Below the pieces are notes generated by a model. It was not told where the DNA came from. It was given only the letters and a program-made list of their open reading frames with translations, and did no database searches. A DNA stretch of 64,000 bases, from the NCBI GenBank assembly GCA_040285855.1, contig JAUFOQ010000005.1, forward strand, positions 496,001-560,000, given 5' to 3'. The translations under genes and the position numbers were made by a program. Shown here piece by piece: positions 55,640 to 64,000 of this stretch. This stretch comes from Eukaryota sp. GEM-RC1. Its lineage: Eukaryota. Position 1 is the first letter of the stretch. Each line of letters begins with the position of its first letter.

Positions 55640-56539
55640 TAATCAGATGTCGTGTTACCGTTTTTTTGTTATTTGATTTTTTTGTGTATAAATATATTTT
55701 TTGAAACTCTTTCAATGAACAACCCACAAGCCAATCATATTCTGATCCTCAAGAGCATCGCGATTGCATCTCTCAAATATTTCTGACAAATCAAGGGGAC
55801 ATTTCATTTTTAACATCTACAAATGCACCTGATCAAAACATCCATCGTGATCACATTAACATTAACCATCAGTTCCATTACGTCACCTCTTCTTTCATAA
55901 AAACTTTTTATTAAAAAGTCTTATCAGAATCACTATTTTTGATTTAAAGCGGTTAAATTAATGTGATCTCAACAGTGGTTCAAAAGAAATCTCCAACTTG
56001 CACATACCATGAATATAATCTCTTCCAGCATGAGTACAAGTTCGAACGGTTACAACTCAAAAAGCGAGATAACGGAACTAATTTACCACATCTATATTCA
56101 AAATCATTCAACAATTAAAGGGGCACAAGAAACATCTAAGTCTAAATGTTGAAGTCCATTGACGATCTTTTCTTTTCTTGATCTACCTCTCCTCATAGTT
56201 CTTTCGATGTTCGATCTTCACGTCTTCGTGACCAATCGAACTTCTACAGAGATTCAATAGCACCGTTTGATCTGGAAACCAAAAACTACCATTTCCTTTA
56301 ACCAAAACTGGTGAATCTCATCTCCACCTCTAAACTCTGTCGCTTCTCCTCGTCCTTCACACTCCTCCAGTTCCTTCCTTCTTTCTCCCTCTCGAAGTAA
56401 TGTCTTGCCAGTGCTCTTGCCATCTTTTTTTAAGGTAAATATCTAAACAAGCTAATTTATAGATATGTATTGGAATGTTGTTCTTTATTTTTTTTGTACT
56501 AACGGAATTAGAGCCCATGCCATTCTCTTCTATACAGAA

Positions 56540-56650
56540 TTCTCTTGAAAAACGTCAGCGTATGCTATAGCTGCTTCGTTTAGAATAAATGAAGAACTTA
56601 GACCAAACTTCGTAATAGACAAGTTTATTTTCAATGCTCCAACCAGAGCT
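56540..56650 (-). pseudogene. Degenerate LRR fragment
   Basis: Reads ALVGALKINLSITKFGLSSSFILNEAAIAYADVFQENSV*, one decayed unit of the same LRR family. Confidence 0.45.
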
Positions 56651-57851
56651 ACGGTGGGTATAACAATAGATATAACAAAATGAATATTATCAAATTCAAA
56701 AAAAACTCAATGCAGTGTTCTTAGCAATTAACTTACACAGATTAATCACAGTACCATGAAATTGAGATCTTGTTATAGTAAGTCATACAATCTCAAAAGA
56801 TAGCAGAGAACACAGAAAAGAGGACGAAATTTGAGCGGAAATTTGTTTACCATAATCAGCTGTAAAAACAAAGACTATATAGTTGACGTCAACACAATGA
56901 GACAAAATTTCAAGTTCAAGAACTACATCATTGCAACAATTTCATAAAGAATCATTATTGCTGGCATTTTGGAAAATTGTAAACCAAGATGGTAAATCTA
57001 GAATGATCTTTTCTAGGACACCTCATTTTAGAGCCTTTGAAAGTGCAGTGATGTCAGTTTGGTGGATTCTTGATTCAAATCTACACTGGTTAGAGTAAGC
57101 AGTCTGAGTAAACACATAGCGCCAGTTCAAAATTATAAACAATGTACGTTTTGTCTCTTTCCTAACTTTTTTAAAAACAATCTGGGTGATGAGATACTTT
57201 CTTATCTGGATGGTTCTAGATTCAACATTTGTATCAATTAAAGTGAACTTTTTGAATATTTAACGAGGAATAACAGACATATCATGTTAATATATTTGGA
57301 ATGGTTCCCTTGAGAGTCATACACAACACAAACAGAGAATGAAAGGCTGTCAAATATCATGAAAATGGATACTAGTTTGATATAGGTTTTGTCTTTATCA
57401 ATCATTAACTATTTTTTCATGAAACTCAATATAATCACTATGATGTCCAACATTCGTCACATCTTTGGTTTTCCTTACCAAGAATGCATAGTCATCATGG
57501 TTGAAACTTCAAGTATCGAATGTGAAAAGTGGAAACAAACATCAGCTTCAAGCCAGCCAGAATTATTAAAGAGTTCGAGAAATCATCTTATGAATTGAAG
57601 TGGCGGTTTGTGGTTATAGAGTCATTTTGAGCAAAGACTAACTCATTCAACCAAGACTGGTCATTCCCTCAAATACAAACAATCAAAGTGCAGAGTTTTC
57701 ATAGTGAAAGTAGAAGAAGAAGATGTTGAGAATAAATAAACAACATCTTATGATGAAGCCGTAGATTTGGTAACGCTGTCAGTCTGAAGATATGACAAGA
57801 GAAAAGCTGTGATGGCTTTTAGATCAAATTTGAAGACTGAACTCAAATAGC

Positions 57852-59689
57852 ATGTCTAAGCTTGGAGATTCAGAACAAGGAGATGGATCTTTTGCACAAC
57901 CACAGAGCAAAGCTGCCTTGATGATGTGTATCACAGATGCACCATTCATTCCTGAAAGCTCCCTACCAGAAACAGAATTGGTTCTAAACCTACCCCGTCC
58001 TCACAACACACCTCTCACCTCAAACTCATCCAGGTCATCACAAGATCGAGACCACGCTGGTCCTTTTGATGTGAAGTCAATGTTCTCTTCTCATCCTTCA
58101 CCAACATCCTCTTTCTCTACTATAGAAAGTCCTGATAATGAAGCTGTATGCTTACGTTTCCAACAGTCTCTTTTGGTTTCAATACATCTTCACTTGCTGA
58201 GACTTGTTTTGAAGTCTTGTTTTGAATTAAATGACGATGAACCACGTCTTCCTTTTCTTGAATTGAAACAGGGACTACTTCCTTTTTTTCACAAATTTGG
58301 CTATGTAAGTGATCGTCTTTTCGAGTCCACGCTTGTTGCCGTTAAAGTTTTTTCCAAACAAACACGTTTCCTTTAGTTTCCGACGATCTTCCTCAACTTT
58401 GTTCATTTGCTTCTTTCTTTGGAGCAGATCTGCAGTCTGTTTCCTTGTACGTAGACGGGAACTTTAAGGCCGAAGAATTTCAGCATTACTCTAGTATAAT
58501 CTCTTCATTGGATATACCTTTAAATAGTCACAATGACTTGGAGATCCTCAATCACTCTTCTGTATTCTTTCCACGTCTTAATCAGCTTCATGTGCGTGTT
58601 GATTCTTCTGTTTCCATGCCGTTAATCGAGTTATTGAAAGTTAATACGACAATTACTAGTCTTCATCTGTGCGACAACTCAATTGGAGCTGGTGGTGCTA
58701 GAACATTTGCAGATGCACTCAAGATAAATTCTACATTGACAAGTATCACTTTGATAGCGAAATCTATTGGAGCTGATGGTGCTAGAGCATTTGCAGAAGC
58801 ACTCAAGATTAATTCTACATCGACAAGTGTTAGCTTTTTGGCCAATTATATTGGAGTTGACGGTGCTAAAGCATTTGCAGAAGCACTCAAAGTCAATTCT
58901 ACATTGAAAATCGTCAATCTATGGAACAACTCTATTGGAGACGAAGGTGCTCGAGTTCTGGCAGAGGCGTTAAAAATTAATACAGCAGTTACGAGTATTG
59001 ATCTAAGTGGAAACTCAATTGGATCTGAAGGTGTTAGATCATTGGCAGATTCTTTTAAAATCAATTATACTTTAGAAAGTGTTAATCTAAGTGAAAACTG
59101 CATTGACCATGAAGGAGCTAGAGCATTAGCAGAGGCGCTGCAAGTTAATTCTACCATTACCAGTGTTAATCTTTGGAATAACTCTATTGGAGATCAAGGT
59201 GCTAGTGCTTTGGCAGAGGCGTTTAAAATTAATTCTACTGTTACAAGTGTTGATCTTGGTGATAATTCTATTCGAACTGAAGGTGTTTTAGTATTGATGG
59301 AGGCGTTTAAAATTAATACTACTGTCATAAGTGTTGATCTATGTGAAAACTCTATCGGGGATGAAGGTGCTAGAACATTGGCAGATGCATTAAAAGTCAA
59401 TTCTTCGATTTCAAGTATTCGTCTATGGAATAACTCTATCGGAGATGAAGGTGCTAGTGCATTGGCAGATATGTTAAAAATTAATGCAACAATTAAGACT
59501 ATTGATCTTAGTGAAAACTCAATTGGAGCTGAAGGTGCTAGAGCTTTTGCCAATGCATTAACAGTTAATACTATAATAACAAGTATTGATCTGGAGAATA
59601 ACTCTATTGGAGCAGAAGGCGCAAGGGAATTATCGGAGGCATTAAAAGTCAACAAAACAGTTAAAATTCTAGGCGTAGAACTACCATAA
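57852..59689 (+). CDS. RI-type LRR protein, 12 repeats of 28 aa; one homopolymer frameshift
   Basis: ORFs 57852-58376 and 58445-59689 join if the T run at 58348-58353 is one base longer (VKVFFQ as in the paralogues). Confidence 0.85.
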
Positions 59690-60052
59690 CGAGGTCTTCT
59701 ATGTTCTTAATTTGTACGGTTTGGAGAATCTTGCCATTTACGTCTTTCTAGTTATAATAGTTTGTCTATTCTGTATCACGTGATTTATTGTTGTTGACAT
59801 TTTTCGAATCTGTTTTTGGAATTAAAAAATTAAATAAATTATATTAGCTAATTTACTGAAACGTTCATGTACAGTGGAATGTAAAAATACATGTTTTATC
59901 GCTTTTTGAAGTTTGTTATAATTACAATATTATATTTTGTACGACATCTTCTCAGGAGATTTCTCACTGAACTTTTGATTTAATAGTGTCTTAAATTCAA
60001 ATCAATTGATGGTCCAAAGTCAAAGGATGTCCCCTACAAAATGTTTAAATAT

Positions 60053-60660
60053 TCATGTCCTGAAATTAGTAAAATTAAAACATAAAACAAAGAAAACGAT
60101 ATTAGAATATTGAAAAGCGTCTTCAACACAATTAACAAATGGAATCTCAACTCGGTTAATAAATAATACTTGTGTAGATATACCATTTAATAAACATTTG
60201 TCTGGGTACAATGATTCATAAATATCAGCAACTTCCACAGTGGCCGTTTTTAACAATTCAAGGGGACGAATAATAGAAATATCACCATATAGTCAACTAT
60301 CTTGAGGTCTGGGTATTTTTTTAAAATACACAAAAACGAATTATGGATAGCCAAACAAAGGAAAAGAGGACCAAGAAGATCTCCTTGTTTAACATCAGAC
60401 ATAGATTTCAATGAATATGAATCATAAATTAACTCGCTTGGGTTTCCACAAAATAAATAAAAGTAAGACGTCAGCTCAGGAAAGTCTATTTCAATATCAG
60501 CAAAAACAGACTTACGACTAACTGAATTAAACGCATTTTTGAAATTAAGATTAAAAATGAAATTAAGGTCATGTGAAATGAAAAACAAAGTAGATGTTAA
60601 GGCAGCAGCAGAAGCTCCATCAATTATCAATTGTCTTAATTCCAAATTGAAATGGATACA
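60053..60660 (-). mobile_element. Degenerate CRE-like reverse transcriptase fragment
   Basis: PFQFGIKTID, DGASAAAL, LNFKNAFNSV, VKQGDLLGP; clearly related to 44065-45570; frameshifts and damaged catalytic motifs. Confidence 0.8.
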
Positions 60661-60881
60661 AAATGTAGTAGACTAAACAATTAAAATATACTGTAACTTG
60701 ATATCTTGAAAAAACATACGTCGCTATCATATCTTACAACTGCTTTGTCCTCATAAAATGAAGTCACTGCTAGCAAATCTTTGGAGATGATTAGGGGAAT
60801 TGTTTTAGAAACAGTAAAAACATTACGATTCATCCACACTCACATTTGATCCAAAGTGAAATTCAAACAGACCTTATAGAC

Positions 60882-62453
60882 ATGCATCATGATGACCCTC
60901 CAATGAAGAGTAGTCGTTCGTTAGATTACGAGCTTTCAACTGTTGTCTCATCCGCTTCTCGTTCTTCACCCCTGAAACCTCACTCCAATTCGTTCTCCAC
61001 TTCACAAATATCCTTTCATCTGCAGTTTCCTCAATCCTTGCTTATTTTGACACATCTTCACTTGATCAGACGTGTTTTAAAGTCTTCTCTCAAACTCAAT
61101 CGTTCTGACATTCTCCACCCTCTCCTCGATTTGAAGCAAGATCTGATTCCCTTCTTCCAGAAAGTTGGCTATGTAAGCCATCATTTCTTTGAATCGTCAC
61201 TCCTGGCAGTTAAAGTGTTTTTCCAATCACACACGTTTCATGTCGTTTCTAAAGACCTTCCTCGCCTCTTTTCACTTGCTTCTTTCTTTAGAACAGAGGT
61301 ACAATCTGTTTTCTTGCACGTGACTAAAACCTTTAATGCTGAAGACTTTCCCAGTATTTCAACTTTAATTACTGGTTTGTCCTTTTATCCAGAGACTAAC
61401 AATGACTTGGAGTTTCTTAACAAGTCTTCTTCTTTCTTTCCCCGTCTTAAGCAGCTTAATGTTCGTGTTGATACTTGTATTTATATGGCAATGATAGATT
61501 TGTTGAAAGATAATACTTCTGTTACCAGTCTTAATCTGAGTTACAATTCTATTGGAGTTGAAGGTGCTAGAGCTTTGGCTGAAGCGTTGAAAGTTAATAC
61601 TACGTTAAGAAGTATTAATTTGAGGGAGAATTGTATTGGAGCTGAAGGTGCTAGAGCTTTGGCGAATGCTTTAAAGGTTAATGCCACCATTACAAATGTT
61701 AATCTGGCCTGGAATTCTATAAGAGATGAAGGTGTCAAATCTTTGGCAGATGTGTTAAAAGTAAATACTTCTATCACTCAGATTGATCTTGAAGGGAATT
61801 CTATTGACGATGAAGGTGTAATTGCATTTGCTGGAGCGATGAAGGTTAATTCAACTGTTACTCGGATTGATTTATTGGACAATTACATTGAAAAAGATGG
61901 TGCTATTGCATTGGCAGAGGCATTGAAGTTTAATTATACTGTTACTCGGATTCGTCTCGGAGATACTTTTATTGGTGATGAAGGTGCCATTGCATTGGCT
62001 GAACTGTTGAAGGTAAATTCTACTGTAACTCGAATTGACCTTTGGAAGTCACATATTGGTAATGAAGGTGCCATTGCGTTGGCTGAAACATTAAAGTGTA
62101 ATTCAACTATTACTTGGATTGATGTCGGTGCCAACTCTATTGGTTATGATGGTGCCATTGCATTAGCTGCAGCGTTAAAGGTTAATTCTACTGTAACAAA
62201 TATTATTCTTGGATGGAACTCTATTGGTACTGAAGGTGCCAATGCATTGGCTGAATCTCTGACTGTAAACTCTACTGTTACTCAAATTCATCTTTCAAGT
62301 AACTCCATTGGTAATGAAGGTGCTATTGCATTAGCTGAAGCTTTGAAGGTTAATTCTATTGTTACTAAGATTAAGCTTTATGGTAACTCTATTGACTCCG
62401 ATACCACACAACTCATCTCTGATAATAGGTTCAGTTTCAATTTACATGGTTAA
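60882..62453 (+). CDS. RI-type LRR protein, intact, 11 repeats
   Basis: Uninterrupted ORF (first ATG 60882) with the shared N-terminal domain followed by 28-aa repeats. Confidence 0.9.
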   Translation: MHHDDPPMKSSRSLDYELSTVVSSASRSSPLKPHSNSFSTSQISFHLQFPQSLLILTHLHLIRRVLKSSLKLNRSDILHPLLDLKQDLIPFFQKVGYVSHHFFESSLLAVKVFFQSHTFHVVSKDLPRLFSLASFFRTEVQSVFLHVTKTFNAEDFPSISTLITGLSFYPETNNDLEFLNKSSSFFPRLKQLNVRVDTCIYMAMIDLLKDNTSVTSLNLSYNSIGVEGARALAEALKVNTTLRSINLRENCIGAEGARALANALKVNATITNVNLAWNSIRDEGVKSLADVLKVNTSITQIDLEGNSIDDEGVIAFAGAMKVNSTVTRIDLLDNYIEKDGAIALAEALKFNYTVTRIRLGDTFIGDEGAIALAELLKVNSTVTRIDLWKSHIGNEGAIALAETLKCNSTITWIDVGANSIGYDGAIALAAALKVNSTVTNIILGWNSIGTEGANALAESLTVNSTVTQIHLSSNSIGNEGAIALAEALKVNSIVTKIKLYGNSIDSDTTQLISDNRFSFNLHG

Positions 62454-62790
62454 CTCTTTCTATTTCGATTGATGATGCTTACACTTCAATCACATTCTCC
62501 CTTATTTCTATATTATCATAAATATCTTCAAAATTGTTGAAAAGTACATCAAATCTTGAAATAAACTAATTGTCCTCATTATCTTATTTTACATTCATTA
62601 ATTCTCTTGTTAACATTTTGTAGTTTTTTAGATCTGAAGCAGTTTGAATTCAAACATTAAGTATAGTTTGGTCATTACATTCCTTGTTTTGCTAAAACTA
62701 AGACCAATGCAGATTTCTGGATCAAACTTTGTCGTTCAAAACTGAACTGAACTGAAACAATAATTGCTTTCGATAGTTGTTGATAACGAT

Positions 62791-62935
62791 TAGGGATGAC
62801 AGAAATACCAATGGTTCTGGTTAAACCAATGTATTGGATTGGTTTGGGTTGGTTTGGTTCTAAAATACGGAACCATCGTGGTTTTGGTACTGGTTTGATT
62901 CCAATTGCAGAAACCAGGACCAAACCAGGACCATG
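62791..62935 (+). mobile_element. Solo Ac-like hAT terminus (TAGGGATG...) with GGTT/AACC subterminal repeats
   Basis: TAGGGATGAC at 62791 preceded by ATAACGAT (nTnnnnAn); dense TGGTT/AACCA motifs; no partner end seen. Confidence 0.5.
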
Positions 62936-63396
62936 ATGACTTGCAAATCATGACTGAAGTTATCTCAATTTGTTTGATGTTTACAGTTTGTAATACGTAT
63001 AATCCTAAAGGTACCTCTTCTTATAAACATTCTCCTATATAATTAGATACAGATGTATTTTAGTTCAACAAACGAACAAAATTGTGTGAAAGGTCATTGA
63101 ATAAATGTATACATAAATAGTTTGATGTGCTTTCATAACAGATCAACTATCATATATTGTTGTTATTGAGATAGAATCCCAGAGTCAGCAACTTGCACCT
63201 CATGATAGCTTAATGGACGAGATAGTTGGGTCACAGAACATCGTATTTGTTGGAGATGGTGGCAGAGCTTCATACTGGGAAATTAAGTTTGGGGTTCATC
63301 TTCAGATGAAACTTTTTGTATGTTGGTCTTAGTCATATGAATAGAGAAAAGTGAATTTATTATACAAATAGGTCCTGATGAGTCATGACACTAACA

Positions 63397-64000
63397 TTAC
63401 TTCTTCCCCTTTTTCGAGGACCTAGTCCTCTTAGCAGGTGGAGTAGTGAGAATGACGGAATCAGGAGTGTTACTAGGGATCGCTTGTCTATTACGCGTAC
63501 TTCTAGATTTAGTTTTGGGTTTAGATTTGGGTTTGGCGTGAGGATTTAGTTTAATAAAACTTGAGTAAGCCCTAGTGTTCTTAACCAGACTCAGGGGTTC
63601 CTCAGTAGTGTCGCCGTCAAACCATACGACGGAACATATGGGACCTGTAGGTGAATCACGTTGATCAAGGATCTCGATGATGACCATCTCTTCAGAGTCA
63701 CAAGAAGCTACTGCTTTGTGGAACTCATCGGAGGAGGGTTTGTCGGAAAGGTACTTGGTGCATAGATGAATGCTGGAGCGGAAACGATGTCCGGTGACAA
63801 AGTTCTGCAGTTCAAGTGAGCTTTTGGAAGGTATATCAGTGACGAGGTACGGTCCCTCTTGTTTGCCATGAAGCTTCTTAGCTGCTTTGTTACTTCGTAG
63901 TACTAGGTCACCGATAGCAAATAGCGAGGGAGTATCAACCGTAGTAATGGAAGATTTGATAGATGATTGGGTGGTTTCTGCTTCTTCCCGTTTTTTCAAA
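63397..64000 (-). mobile_element. Ty3/gypsy LTR-retrotransposon pol C-terminus (GPY module plus chromodomain-like region), entering from the right edge
   Basis: FAIGDLVL...KLHGKQEGPYLV followed by IIEILDQR...VVWFDG..TEEP. Confidence 0.7.

Noticed and set aside
58663..62134. Antisense ORFs over the LRR genes and other short shadow ORFs (for example 7700-7942, 9110-9325, 11026-11570)
   Set aside because: By-products of codon periodicity on the coding strand or of the repeat; no recognisable motifs.

Overview
AT-rich eukaryotic (protist-like) genomic window, standard genetic code, mostly intronless genes, with many single-base homopolymer indels that look like long-read assembly errors. About 40 kb (3714-44070) is a head-to-tail tandem array of five ~7.96-kb units. 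Each unit carries one ~5.4-kb minus-strand gene for a ~1790-aa multi-pass membrane protein (TmcB/tiny-macrocysts-like), half of an RCC1/kinase pseudogene, and a composite hAT-transposon remnant at the junction. The leftmost hAT copy (3520-4564) keeps both TIRs and an 8-bp TSD. The array ends abruptly against a truncated CRE-like non-LTR reverse transcriptase. Left flank: two head-to-head divergent Hsp70/Hsp110-like sequences and a MULE transposase pseudogene. Right flank: three paralogous RI-type LRR genes sharing an unrecognised N-terminal domain, a prokaryote-type CPBP intramembrane protease, a PH-domain plus helical-repeat gene with a 29-nt intron, a second RT relic, further hAT fragments and a Ty3/gypsy integrase-chromodomain tail. 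All family assignments are from motif recognition by eye; no database searches were run.
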